The notes under the pieces: model-generated
The model's input: the letters and a program-made list of their open reading frames with translations, nothing else
Told to the model about the DNA's origin: nothing
The model's database searches: none
Part shown: in pieces, positions 1 to 12,890 of the stretch
How positions within the stretch are numbered: the first letter of the stretch is position 1
Layout: the number at the start of each line of letters is the position of its first letter
Assembly: GCF_018977255.1 (NCBI RefSeq)
Contig: NW_024704743.1
Location: forward strand, 87,918,001 to 87,982,000
Reading direction: 5' to 3'
Length of the DNA: 64,000 nt
DNA from: Callorhinchus milii
Lineage: Eukaryota
Translations under genes and position numbers: made by a program

Positions 1-404
1 GATTATCTTTTTAGGTACAGAATAGTCTGCAAAGAAACAGCCAAGATAGCCAATACAGTAAATCAAATTGTGTTTAAAGGTTAAACAAAACAGTGTGAAG
101 GCTGATTTATTGTAAAGATGTGCGTATTCCTAATGAAGAATATCGTCTCCAGCTGCACCTTTACTTTAAACATTACTTGTTCAAGGTCAAAATTTTACTA
201 TCGATGCAAAGCATATTTTATTTCATGCTTCTTTTTCAAATTACAAGTGAAGGAAGGGTAAGTCATTAACACAAGCTTTTTGGATCATATTGTGTAGAAC
301 TGTACTGCTGTGATTGTGACTGTTTATATTCTTGATAAACATGATGATCACCATTACTGTATGGGGTAGGTGAAAGATGCTATATTAATACAAGTTGTTG
401 TTTT

Positions 405-522
405 ATGGGAGGGGGAAGGGAGAGGGGATTAGGAAAGGTGGAGGCTCATATGGAGAAAAATCAATAGCTCAAACTAATTGGGTCGAATGGCTTGTTTTGA
501 TGCTGTACAATCCACGTAATCT
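405..522 (+). mobile_element. Decayed CR1-type 3' tail
   Basis: ggaggctcatatggag...ttgggtcgaatggcttgttttgatgctgtac matches the tail seen at 25405-25640 and 53845-53985. Confidence 0.55.
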
Positions 523-532
523 CTTGAATCAT

Positions 533-639
533 TGGACCACACTTTCGGTCATCTTTCACTTCCCCCCACAGCTCAGGTGCCCAGCCAGCACTGTGCAGCT
601 CCCGAAGTGAAAGGCCTATATAAGTGCAAATTGTATTGT
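533..639 (+). mobile_element. Decayed L2 LINE 3' end
   Basis: ctcccgaagtgaaaggcctatataagtgcaaattgtattgt resembles the L2 terminus of the longer copies in this window. Confidence 0.55.
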
Positions 640-2355
640 CTCCACACAACACTCATTTTCATGCATTTTAAGATAAGGTACACATTGACTAACTGATGTA
701 AGTTCCCTATGCTCTTTGCAGTCTAAGGACTTTGTCCAACTGGCTTTATGAGAGAGTTGAGAGTTTCCACACAAATGGATTAAAGGTAAATGTCATCTGA
801 ATTGTTATTGAAGGTTAAATATTCCATAATATTGACCTCAAAATACATTAGCTATTTGTATTCGAAATTTGAACGCTGCCTGAACAATCAATTTATTTGA
901 TTTGTCATTTTCATTGTTAAAAATATGTATATATTTATATATATAGGCCTGAGGCCCAGCATTTCTCATAAATTTAGCCTTCATTTTTAGATTATAGATT
1001 ATGCATAATTGTAAGAAATGTCTTAAACTCGACCTTAATTTAGAACTGATTTCTAACAATAATTCAGGAATAAGCAATCTTCAAATTTCATATGTAAAAA
1101 GTTACAATAGTTTTACAGGACTTGTGCTTGATGTATACTTTGAGTTAAATAAGATCAGTTTTGGTAGTTATGTGTATAACATAAGTAAATAATAGCCATA
1201 TATATCATACACTGTGGCGGATCGCAAGTGACATTGGAGTTATAGAAACATTAAATACAAAGTGGAAAAATTGCAAATCTGCATTTGGAATCCTGAAAAG
1301 AAATAGCTTTATATATACATTTATGTAGTTATTGATCAGGGTTCAGATTCTACATACTATGCAAGACAGAAAATGCTTGGCGCTCTAGATTGAAAATGCT
1401 CTTATTTTCCTGAACTCCAATATACCTGTAACCAGTGTTCGTCTTATAATAATGGTTTTTTGAAGCCACTTGCGTAACAATCTACTTAGCTCCAGGCATG
1501 AGAAACTGAGTCTATTGAAGAAGGTTTCGTATTTATAACGGGAACAGATTACCAGGAGTAATTAATGGTGTTAAGATATGAGTGGCCTGTTCCCATTTGG
1601 GACAGTTCTCACATTGATCATATGGCTTATAGCCTAAAGGGGGCTTTCNTTTTTCTTCTTTTTCTCTCTGTGACTTCCTGCAGGTCTCTTGGCCTTTTGT
1701 GTTTTATTGTGCTGGTCAGTAAGGTCTAAATAGGTCAGAGCTGATACCTCCTGGCTGTGCTCTCTGAGGGATTAAACAGTAATTTTAGGAACAAAGCATC
1801 TCTGTGTGTGCAGGAACATTTATGAAATCAACATTTTTTATTCACAAATGTAGTGTTCCAACAATTTACTGAGGTGCAATTCATGCTTATGTAGTATATT
1901 CTTCTTAATACTATCTAAGTAGGTGCAGCACAGTGGAAAAACCTAATTCAGGAATTACTGCACAAGTACACATTTCAACATTCTACACAAGATGATTCCA
2001 GATCAGATTCCAAGATCATGGGAATGAAATTCCTTTTGTAGCTAAGGGTAATGACTTTGATGATATGTGCTCACAAAAAAAATCCTGCTATAAAGAGCTA
2101 CACTTAGCAGGAACACAATTCTGTCATCTAATGCTGACCTAGTGGAAAAACAGGGTATATATATATATATTATATACAGGTAACTTATTTTATTTTTGCA
2201 TTGCAAAAACGAGCACACACTGTCTGCATGCTATATAAAGCAATGACCTTGAGATGAGTCGCTCATACAGTATCCAGTCAATGTGTATAGTTTGCATTGC
2301 ATTGCAAAAATGCAAAAGTATTATTTGAACACAATACATTGGCTCTATTATAAAA

Positions 2356-2660
2356 TCTAGGCTGATACTCCATTGCAGTTTTGGGAGAGTGCTGCATTTT
2401 TGGAGGTACTGTCCTTCAAATGAGATGCTAAATTGAGGTCCCATCTGTCTTTTCAGGTGGACGTTAAAGAATCCATTACCCTGTTCAAAAAAAGGGGGAG
2501 TTTTGTCATTCACTTCATGGCTGTTTCTGGGACATTGCTGTACACAAATTATCTGCCGTGTTTACCTACAAATACGTAGACACTACACTTAATAGTATTT
2601 TCTGTGAAGCGCTTTGAGGTGTCTTAATATATGCTATATCAAATTGAGGAATTATTGTTG
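2356..2660 (+). mobile_element. Deu-domain SINE (head missing)
   Basis: aggctgatactccattgcag...gagatgctaaattgaggtccc...caggtggacgttaaaga core plus gtgaagcgctttgag tail. Confidence 0.8.
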
Positions 2661-3148
2661 TAACAATTCACAATATTGACTACTTATTTACAATTGCAAA
2701 GCAACTAATCTCAAGATCATTGCTTTATTTGGTATACAGTCAGTGTGTGCTCAGAATCCTCAGCTGACAAGGTATTTTCTTTAAACAAAAATTATATAAT
2801 GTTATGAGTGAATTATTTCCTGTAGCTGAAGTGGAACAAATGCTTTTAAAAAAACACGACTGAGAAATTCCTGTCAGAATGCAGACTGTGATTGAGCAAG
2901 TAATGACTGTAGCTTGTAGTTCCCAAGATCTTTGAGATAAATTCAACTACAATAGTTTATGCGAGCTGATCAATGGAAGAATAATCAAATATCTGTTATA
3001 AGTAGGCATTCATTTAGTCATATAAATGTTCCAATTGCACGTGATATATACAAAAGGAGTGGAGAGGAAGACTCATTTTTGTTGCCTCAAAATAACTCCT
3101 AATTTTACAAGATCAAGGCCCTTTGATATTTTAGGAACATAGGAATTA

Positions 3149-4480
3149 CAACAACAACAAAATTATATTTATAGAGTGCCTTTCATGTCGGGAGGACGTC
3201 CCAAAGTGCTGAACAGTCAGTGTCGGGGCCCGAGGATGGGGGAGGGGTGGTGTAGGGCTGAGGGAAGGCAGAGAGGTGGGAGGGAGACCAAAGGCACGGT
3301 TGAAGAGAAGGGTCTTGAAACTGGCCTTCAAGGAGGCAAGGGAGGAAGCGAGGTGAAGAGAGTTCCAGAGTGTGGGGGCAGAGAGGCTGAAAGCCCGGCC
3401 ACCGATGGTAGGGCGGGTCGGGCGGGAGACATGGAGCAGGCCAGAGCCTGATGAACGGAGGGAACGGGCAGGTTGGTAGAGAGTCAGCAGGTCGGAGAGG
3501 TAGGAGGGGGCAAGGCCACGGATGGCCTTAAAGGTGGGGACAAAGATCTTGAACTCGATCCTCTGGGGAATGGGGAGCCAGTGGAGTCGGGTGAGGGTGG
3601 GAGTGATGGGGTCACGGAGCTGGTGTGTGAGAGTACACGATCTGCAGAATTTTGGATGATCTGCAGCTTGTGAAGGGAAGAGTTGGGAAGGCCGATGAGG
3701 AGGGAGTTCCCGTAATCAAGCCTTGAGGTGACGAATGCATGGGTGAGGGTTTCGGCAGCCTGAGGGGTGAGGCAGTGGCGGAGTCTGCAATGTTGGTAGG
3801 CAGTGCCGGTCATGGCGCGGATGTGGGGGAGAAAGGACAGTTCAGGGTCGAACAAGATACCCAGGTTCCTGACTGGTTTAGTGAGGTTGAGTGTGCAGCC
3901 ATGGATGCTGATGCTGCCTGTGTCTGAGGGCGGAGGTACCGGTGCGAGCCAATCAGGAGGGCCTCAGTCTTGCTGACGTTGAGTTGGAGAAAGTTGGCCC
4001 TCGTCCAGGACTTGATGTCGGGACAGGCAGTCGGTCAGGATGCCAGTAGTCCTGGAGTTGAGGGTGGAGGCAGAGAGGTAGAGTTGGGTGTCATCCGCAT
4101 ACATTTGGAAATTTACCCCATGTCTGCGGATGATGTCACCAAGGGGGAGTATGTAGAGGGTGAAGAGGAGGAACTGAGGACAGAGCCCTGAGGAACACTG
4201 CACAAGACAGTGCGGGGGCTGGAGGAGAAGCCGTTTGCCGGGAGGCGGTGCGAAAGTTAGGACCTGAACCAGTCAAGGACAGAACCTGGAAGGTTGAGAT
4301 GGGAGGAGAGGCAATGGAGGTGGATTGAGTGGTCCATGGTGTCAAAGGCAGCGGAGAGGTCAGGAAAATGAGGAGGCAGAGGGAGCCCTGGTCACACATG
4401 GTCAGGATTTTGTTTGTGACCTTAACCAGAGCAGTTTCCATGGAGGGGTTCATGGAGGGAGTGAGAGGAAAGGAAAGAAC
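3149..4480 (-). mobile_element. 5'-truncated L2-clade LINE (RT to 3' end), frameshifted
   Basis: Minus ORFs [57 protein letters not shown]; (TTG)n tail; flanked by GAATTA duplication. Confidence 0.95.
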
Positions 4481-5860
4481 GAATTAGGAGTAGGCCATTC
4501 GGCCCTTCGAGCCTGCCCTGCCATTTAATAAGATCATGGCTGATCTTCTAACCTAACTCCATCTGTCCGTCTTATCCCCATATCCCTTAATCCCTCTATC
4601 CTTTAGAAATCTATCAATCTCAGTCTTGAATATGTTCAAGGACTGAGCATCCACAACCTTCTGGGGTAGAGAATTCCATAATTGCGCTACCCTCTGAGTG
4701 AAGAAGTATTTCTTCAACTCTGTTTGAAAAGGCTGACCCTTAATCTTAAGACTGTGACCCCGAGTTATAGATTCTCCTACCAAGGGAAACAGTCTCACAC
4801 TCTCTACTCTGTCAAGCCCCATAAGAATCTTATATGTTTCTATACGATCACCCCTAATTCTTCTATATTCTAGAGAATATAGGCCTAGTTTACTCAACCT
4901 ATCCTCAACCTGCCCCCTCATCCCAGGAACCAACCTAGTGAATCTATGCTGCATCCTCTCTAAGGCGAATATGTCCTTTCTTAAATAAGGAGACTAAAAC
5001 TGCACACAATATTCTAGGTGCGGTCTAACCAAGGCCCTATACAGTTGCAGCAAGACTTCCCTACTTTTGTATTCTTAGCTTTTTGCAATAAACGCCAACA
5101 TGCCATTAGCCTTCCTAGTTGCTTGCTGTACCTGCATGCTAACTTTTTGTGACTAGTGTACAAGGACACCTAAATCCCTCTGAACACTGACACTTTAGTC
5201 TCTCCCCCTCTAGAAAATAATCTGCTTTTCTGTTTTTTCTACCTAGGTGAATAACTTCACATTTCCCCACATTATATTCCATCTGCCACCTTCTTTCCCA
5301 CTCACCTAGCCTATCTATATCCCTTTGCAATCTTTCTGTGTCATCCTCAGAGCTTACTCACCCACCTAGTTTAGTATCATCTGCGAATTTAGATATTTTA
5401 AGTTCTATGTCCTCCTCTAGATCATTGATATAGACTGTAAATAATTGAGGCCCAAGCACTGATCCTTGTGGCACTCCACTAGTCACATCTTGCCAATCTG
5501 AGAAGGACCCGTTTATCCCTACTCTCTGTTTTCTCCTGTTAGCCACTCTTCGATCCATGCTAATATATTGCCTTTAATTCCATGTGCCCTAATCTTGTGT
5601 AGCATCCTTTTATGTGGCACCTTGTCGAATGCCTTCTGAAAATCTAAATGCACCACATCTACTGATTCCCCCCTCTAACCTGATAGTTACATCCTCAAAA
5701 AACTCTAAAAGATTTGTTAAGCATGACCTCCGTTTTGTAAAGCCATGTTGACTCTGCCTAATCATGTTAGGTCTTCTAAGTACCCCACTACGACATCCCT
5801 AATTAAGGATTCTAGAATTTTTCCTACCACCGATGTCAGACTGACTCATCTATAGTTCCC
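4481..5860 (-). mobile_element. 5'-truncated CR1-clade LINE (RT to 3' end); last 16 nt of tail displaced to 3133-3148
   Basis: Minus ORFs [30 protein letters not shown]...[33 protein letters not shown]...FFTQRVAQLWNSLP; gggccgaatggcct tail. Confidence 0.95.
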
Positions 5861-5867
5861 CATTGAC

Positions 5868-5919
5868 TTCATTGAATTCATGAGCCAAACAGCTGTGAAC
5901 CGGCTGCAACAATGTGATC
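5868..5919 (+). repeat. ~50-bp direct repeat, copy 1 (copy 2 at 6574-6630)
   Basis: ttcatgagccaaacagctgtgaac(taaac)cggctgcaacaatgtgatc occurs twice. Confidence 0.9.
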
Positions 5920-6573
5920 AAGGCCCTTCTGCCAATCTGATCTCATCCCTCCAGAATACACACCCTACAGTCCTCATCAACATCAAGCTTTTTTGTAAAA
6001 TGAGTCTAGTGTCCTGGCCTGTTATTATTTTATTTTGGACTGGTGCAAATCACTACCTTCAAGTGGAGGGATATCCATGGTAGACAGTAGAACACTTTCC
6101 ACACTGGGCAACCAATGTCAGGGGTAGAATCTGCCATGCTGAGCTTCCAGTCTTCTTCCCCAAACATCCATTTTGCAGAAGTAGGACTTAATTTTGCTTA
6201 TTTCCCTTGTCAGCAGTCCTTATGCCTTTCTGAGTGAGATTGCCTCATTGGAGACTGGTGAGCTGCTCAGAATTTAATGCCTGATCCACAGGGTAGAACA
6301 AAGACAAGTTTTATTCTGTTTGTCTGTGCTGCTCTGAAACAGAAGCAAAGGATCATGTGCAAATCTTCTTTGGTGTAACAAGTTCTGAGTAAGTATCATA
6401 CATATTGTTACACAGTACTTTTACAAAATAGTATATTGATATTTTCCTATTCTGTACAGTAAGTGAAATGAAATATAATGACTTTGGAAGTACCACAGAC
6501 GCAGGAATCAAATATAATATTGCTAAAATGGGAAAATCAGAGCCGTGAAGCAAAATTTGGTTCAACTTATATT

Positions 6574-6630
6574 TTCATTGGCTTCATGAGCCAAACAGCT
6601 GTGAACTAAACCGGCTGCAACAATGTGATC
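6574..6630 (+). repeat. ~50-bp direct repeat, copy 2
   Basis: Matches 5868-5919 apart from a 5-bp indel and two substitutions. Confidence 0.9.
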
Positions 6631-7007
6631 CTTAGAGATTCCTAACGATCCTTGTCTTCATTTCAATTTGAGCAACAAATGACCAAGGAAGCATTGTGAC
6701 TGATCAAGCAGTAATTTGTGTGCAGGGTTGAGGAAATCCCATGGTTACTGGAATAAAAGAGAAACCTTTTTGTGGAAAAATGTAAAGGACCCAAACCTGA
6801 AATATGGTTAACTCCAAAGTGCAGTATTTGCATAAACAATATGATCTTGTCACCTCAATGCAGATTTGTTGAGCATGTTCAGTTATTGCTACTCTTTTTC
6901 TCCAAAAAGAAACTCTATTTGTGACACAACAGCTTTATGCTTCAGCAGATATAGCATTTATTATAGGGCAAATCTTTTTACTTTTTTATTTTTAAACAAC
7001 AAGAGTG

Positions 7008-7430
7008 TTAGCCTGGTTCAGATGACAGCTTTTTTGGCTCTGAGTCACAGAATTATGAGTTCGAGCCCCATATTGGTACTGTAACTCTCATAGGACAACA
7101 CTCCACTCCAGTGCAATGCTACATTGTTGGAAGTGCCGTTCTTAAAATGAAATGTTAAATCAAGGTCCTGACAGCTTGTTCAGGTGGACTTTAAATATCC
7201 CATAGTATTATTTGAAGAGAGAAGGGAGTTTCTCCTGGTGCTCTGACCGATAGTATCCCAGATAAAATTGATCATTTATTTTATGGCTATGAAGTGGGAT
7301 ATTGCTGTGCACAAATTGGCTTCTGCGTTTGCCTACAAAATACAGTCACTACACTGTATAGTAAATCCTGTGAAGTGCTTAGAGATGTCCTCCTGACGTG
7401 AAAAGCACTATATCAATTATAATAGTTAAT
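7008..7430 (+). mobile_element. Full-length decayed Deu-domain SINE
   Basis: tRNA-like head (gagttcgagccc B box), Deu core (caggtggactttaaatatcccat), L2-type tail gatgtcctcctgacgtgaaaagcactatat. Confidence 0.85.
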
Positions 7431-8386
7431 TATAAATATTATATTAGTAGATAGAGCCAATGAAGAGATACCATCCTTATAATGATATCATGTTTATGTA
7501 TTATTCTGTTTATAAACCATACTTTCCAAAGAACAACAATTGCATTTATATAGCACCCTTTACATGAGGTAGTGCCTTGGAATGCTGAGAACATTTCAGG
7601 AACATCTCTTGAATTTTGGTGTGGTTGCTGCTTACCTGGATAGCTCCAACTATAGGGCTGTTTAACTACTAGAGTTTGGGCAATTTTAGTTTCAGTATAT
7701 ATCAAGGGCAGGTGGGATTATATAGAATAATGCATATCATTTCTGACATGAATTTCTAATCTTAATATAAATTTTGTAGCTGAATGCTAGAAATGTAATC
7801 AGTTGAGAAACATGTACAGAATGGCATACGCACTTCTGTAGTCCAAACGTACGCTTTGTTGGTGTAAAATACTCCAAGCTGCCAAATGTGATAACTTTCA
7901 GTAGCTCTGAACCAGGCTGCTGCTAGAGGCACCCTAATCTAGGGAAAAGTGAGTCAGATTAACCCACATTCGTATTCACTCAGTTATCGTGTGAGTCGTC
8001 ATTTGAAGTTTCAATCATCCACTGCTTTGGCTGATGTTTCACAGCAGTGCAAATGCTAAACAAGAGTGTGTGGGATAAAACGAATGCAATATAAAAGAAA
8101 GAAGCTATGCAATTTTATTTGTAACAGGTCACCGGGTTCGTGATGAAATATTTTTAAGTCAAAAGTTTTGATAAGGTGCAACTGCACATTAGGGCTGGGT
8201 TATTTTGTTCCCTGTGGAGCTATTTCTTCCTTCCCTCGTTGTTTGTAGACCAGAGATTTTATGCAGCTAGGATGAGTAGATAAAACCGGGGCAGACAATA
8301 TGCTATCCTATTGCCCGGTTTTGGATCTGCTGTCTCTTCACCTGGGGGAGGAAGGAATGCACTGAGTTTAAATAGTGGAGGTTAGG

Positions 8387-8930
8387 ACAACAACAACAAC
8401 AAAATTACATTTGTATTGCGTTTTTCACGTCGGGAGGACGTCCCAAGGCACTGGACAGACAGAGTTACGGACCCAAGATGAGGGTTGGGGTGGGGGAGGG
8501 GGGAGGGCAGGGGGGGAAGCAGGGAGATCAAAAGCACGATCGCAGAGGAGGGTCTTGAGGTGGGTCTTGAAGGTGGCGAGGGAGGGGCGAGACGGAGAGA
8601 ATGCGGGAATGAGTTCCAGAGGGTAGGTGCAGAGTGGCGGAAGGCCCGCCCACCGATAGTGGGGCAAGCAAGGTGGGGGACGTGAAGCAGACTGGAGCCC
8701 GCTGAGTGGAGGGAGCGAACAGGGTGGTAGGGGGTTAGGAGGTCGGAGAGGTAGGGGGAGCAAGACCGTGGAGGGTTTTATTCGATTTGGAGGAGGGTGT
8801 AAAGGTAGGGTGGGGCAACAGCAGGGAGTTATTTGAAGATCAGGATGAAGATCTTGAAGTTGATTCACTGTTTGACAGGGATAAATGGACCTGCCAAAGA
8901 TGCAGATAATGGAGCCTAGTGTGGGAGAGG
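8387..8930 (-). mobile_element. L2 LINE 3' fragment
   Basis: Minus ORF LATFKTHLKTLLCDRAF...PWDVLPT; (TTG)n tail. Confidence 0.9.
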
Positions 8931-9204
8931 TTATTAGCTGTAGAAGTCTGTACCATAGAAATCATAGAAATAGAGTGATTTTCTAGGATGTTTTGACTGA
9001 CTTCTGAATGTTGGTTCTCGTTGAACGTTTGCTCTAAGCATTCATATTTTTAAACTACATGAAAGCATCTTGGGTACAATGTCACTTGGAATGGTCAACC
9101 CCTGTCTAAGCATTGATATTTGCAGAATAGCAATTCCACTTTGTCAAATATACAGTTCTCAAGAATGCTGCTAGTTGCTATCATGATCTCATGAATAAAG
9201 GATG

Positions 9205-9372
9205 CCTGTAGAATGCCCTGACAAGTGGAGTGGTAGTGGCAGAGCCCATTGTGGATTTCAAGAGGGAAGTAGATTATAGTACTGTATATAAAGGGCAGAG
9301 GCTTGACATGATATGGGGATAAGGCAGGGCTCTAGGATTGAATGAACACCTTGCTCTGAGATCTAGTGCAGA
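9205..9372 (+). mobile_element. Old CR1 3' fragment
   Basis: gtggtagtggcagag...ttcaagagggaagtagat...gatatggggataaggcagg follows the CR1 ORF2 C-terminal pattern. Confidence 0.5.
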
Positions 9373-9467
9373 TATTTATTCTTGACCGCAGTTAAATCCT
9401 TCATAGAGCAATGAATTCAGAAGCCTCGAATCTCTGGAAGGACCCCATACTTACCACTCAGTCCTGG

Positions 9468-9732
9468 ATAATAAAAGTCCTTGCATTTGATATAGTGAGG
9501 CATTGCAAAGCGCTTCACATGATATACCTCTCTTTAACAATAGTCCCATGTGATCGTTAACATCCACCTGAACAGGCAGACAAGACGTCGGTTTGATGTC
9601 TCATCCAAAGGACGACTATACAACACCACCCCCCAGCATTGGTGTATCAGCTTAGACTATGTGATTCTGAGTCCCAATGTGGGGCTTGAACCCTCAACCT
9701 TTTGATTCGGAGATAAGAGTGCTACCACTGAC
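9468..9732 (-). mobile_element. Deu-domain SINE, internally deleted
   Basis: ccttgcatttgatatag tail, catccacctgaacaggcagac core, gtggggcttgaaccc head. Confidence 0.75.
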
Positions 9733-9908
9733 ACAGGATCACACACAAGCATATTCTCTTTCAAGGAGGAATTTTAAATTCAAAGAATTATTATTTGTTG
9801 GATGTGTGAGCAATTTTAATCCTACAGAATTTGATTCAACTGCGATGCCTGTCCCAGTAGAAGATATCTTTGAAGACCCTGCCCATAAAACCAAAGAAAA
9901 ATATTGAT

Positions 9909-10175
9909 ATGTAGCTCAGTTGGTAGCACTCTTGCCTTTGAATAAGAAGGTTTGAGGGTTCAAAACCCATACTGGGACTTTGAGCTCACAGTCCAATCAT
10001 TATCTAGATTGACATCCCAATGCACTACTTGGGGTGCCCATTAAATGCCCCAGATAAAATTAGTCATACACTTCATGGCCGTTTGTGGGACAAATTCCCA
10101 TTCCCAAGTAACAATCCTGCAAAGCACTTTGATATGTTTCCAAAACGTGTTAAGGTGCTGTATCAAACGTATATT
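9909..10175 (+). mobile_element. Deu-family SINE, internally deleted
   Basis: gtagctcagttggtagcactcttgcc A box, gggttcaaaaccc B box, cccagataaaattagtcat body, tail. Confidence 0.75.
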
Positions 10176-10489
10176 CTTTTAAAATTTATTACTGTATTTT
10201 TAATATAATTTTCCACTTCTATTAACTTGTGTAGATCTGAATCTATATGCACATGTACTGCCAGGTAATGTGAAACACCTTTAAGATGTGGTTAACAAGT
10301 CTGGCCAAATGTTTTTCTTTATATGATACTTGGCAAAATAGCTTTCATTATGTAATTGAATTTCACAATGTGTTCTTGCTTGTGTCCTGATAGTATTGTG
10401 AAATATGTTGTACCTTCTTGAGATTTTACAAATGAGTCTCATTGGGGTTTGTGGTTCACAAGCACTTTTTTAAAAAAAAAACAATGATG

Positions 10490-11180
10490 TGCTGCATAGT
10501 TTGCCTGTTTTCCCAAAGTCCTCAATTGTTGTGTTATCTGCAAACTTAGAAATTGTGCTCCGTACACCAGAATCCAGATCGTTTATAAAATGGAGAATAA
10601 CAATGGTCCTAACACTGTACCTGGGATCTCACTCTTAATATCTCTCCATTCCAAATAACGCCCAAGGACTTTCTGTTTCCTATCCTTTAACAAGCGTTCT
10701 ATCCATATTGCCACTTTTCCATTAATGCCACGTTAAAAAAAATATTTTGTTTAACAAGCCTCCTATGCAGCACTTTTTCAAAAGCCTCTGAAAACACTAT
10801 ATCCACAGCATTGCCGTTATTAAGTATTTTGCTTATTCAATTGAATAATTCTTCTAGAATAGCTTGGCAAGACTTGCCTTTAAAATTCATTGTCTGCTGA
10901 ATCAACCTTTCTCTTTCTAAATGATTATTAATCGTATCCCAATGCCCACTATGGATGTTAAGCACTCTGGTCTGTGGTTGGCTTATCATGTTGTACTCTG
11001 CTTTTTCCCACATTGATGCTATGCTAGCAACCCTCCTGTCTTCTGGCATAACTTTCGTATTCAAGGATATTTGAAAATTTAGAACTTCTACTTCTTTCTC
11101 TCTGACTTCCCTCAGCATTCTTAGATACATACCTCCAGCTCTAGGTATTTTGCCCACTTTGAGTTCCATCAGTGATTCTC
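10490..11180 (-). mobile_element. Old CR1 RT fragment
   Basis: Minus ORF GMYLRMLREVRE...PEDRRVASI; ttatctgcaaactt reads KFADN on minus. Confidence 0.8.
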
Positions 11181-11504
11181 AGCATCACTTTCTTTTCTAT
11201 AGTTATCCCTTCCCATATTGTTTAATTTCATTCCAAAATTCTAATTTATTGGGTACTTTGTAGGATGTTGCAGACACAAGTAACTGTTGCAAATGCCTGC
11301 ATTATGATATTCAGTTCATTTCTATTTAATCTCATTCTGTAAAGTGCTACGAACAGTGGCAGCTGGTGACCTTTTTGACAGGTGAGGCAATCTATAAGTT
11401 TGCCTCTCCAAGCTATCTTATCACCATGACAACGGGCCCTTCGCACATGTAGAATTTCTCTCCTGATCCCACTCACTCGTTGACCTTGCTCCCACGTCAG
11501 TTCA

Positions 11505-11670
11505 CATTTAATCCATGACTGTTTGTGGGATATTGCTGTGCACAATTGGCTGCCACGTTTCACCTGCAAAACATGCAGTCAATTCACTTTAGAGTATATT
11601 CTGTGAAGTGCATTGAAACATCTAGAAGACGCAATATCAAATGCAAGGATTATTACTATTATTATTATAT
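11505..11670 (+). mobile_element. SINE 3' half
   Basis: tgtttgtgggatattgctgtgcacaattggctgcc...aaatgcaaggattattactatt. Confidence 0.8.
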
Positions 11671-12074
11671 AGTCCCGCTCACCCATTGGCCTTGTTCCCA
11701 TTCCAGTCTCACCCAATTTTCTCAGCTCCTACTTGTTGTCTCACCAATGCTCTTACAAGACACGGAGATTCTAGATGATTTAACTTTTTAAAGTTGAAAA
11801 GCACAATAAAATATATTGTTGTTGTTCTCTTCAGTTCATTGAGTCAAGATCAGCAGAAATACCAAATCCGTAACAGAGACAGGTGACAGCCTCCATTGAA
11901 AAATTGTAGCCTACAGGCTGGGCAGGCAGCACAAATACAATCGAGCATTCACCAGAAGATTAGCAGCCTCCAACCTGGAGCTCTGACCTTCCCAATCCAT
12001 CACGACCAAAATTAAGCATTTCCTAGTAGTGTAAAACATTTCTTGTGCATTCCTTTCCCTTTAACAGTGCGAGT

Positions 12075-12290
12075 TGCTCTATGTTTGTGAGCTTTCAGCC
12101 ATTCCGCCATGCACTCTGGAACTCCTTCCAGAGTCCCTCTGCCTTGCCTCTCTCCCTAACCACCTCCAAAACAAGCCTCAAGATCTATTTCTTCAGGTAT
12201 TGATTTTTGCTCACTTTTCCTTCCCCATCCCCCCAAGCTCCCAGTCAGTGTGTGAAGCTTTGAGACTTCCTCCAGATGTGATGGGTGGGT
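12075..12290 (+). mobile_element. Old L2 3' fragment
   Basis: gctttcagcc...actctggaactccttccagagtccctctgcc similar to L2 C-terminal region. Confidence 0.55.
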
Positions 12291-12799
12291 GGATGGATAC
12301 TCTGTGTATGTGTTTAGGTGTGTTTGTGTACGTGCAAGTGCATGTTTCTGTGTCTGATGGCTGAAATAATGAGGGAGGGAGTATGTTAGTTGCTATTTTC
12401 ACTTGTTGTTTTACATGTTGGGATCAATAATGTAATGGCTAGAAGATATTAGAAGCTAAAGAAACAATGTATGGGTTTGGTGAGAGTTTTATGGAAAAGG
12501 TGCAAAGGTGGCGATATCTGGGTTGCTCCCTGTATTATCTGAGCGTGTGGAAGGATTGAGCATAGAAGCTTACATCAGTGACTGATTACAAAAATTGTAT
12601 GTGCAGGAGGAAACAAAGTTTAGATAACTAGGATCTTTTTCAAGGAGATGATGTGTTTATAGGAAAGATGGTCTACACTTGGGGAGTTAAGCTGCTGGCA
12701 CAAAACATAACAGCAGTAATTTTGTTTCATTTAAACTTACTTTGGAGAGGGCGGAATGTCATCATAGAGAAAGAGCTCAGGCCTGTTGATCATCATATA

Positions 12800-12888
12800 T
12801 GCACTCTCACAGACATACACACACTAACACACACATACCCTCTCACACACACTGATGAACACACACACATATTGCACTCTCACACAGA
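12800..12888. repeat. Imperfect (CA)n microsatellite
   Basis: Interrupted acacacac runs. Confidence 0.7.
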
Positions 12889-12890
12889 TA

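Noticed and set aside
225..263. Possible microexon before AGG|gtaagt at 258
   Set aside because: Available acceptors give 10 or 5 nt, not frame-preserving, with no other support
1645..1720. Strong acceptor (cag at 1681-1683) with possible 31-nt exon
   Set aside because: Weak donor (gtcagt), no recognisable peptide, and an ambiguous base at 1649 in the tract
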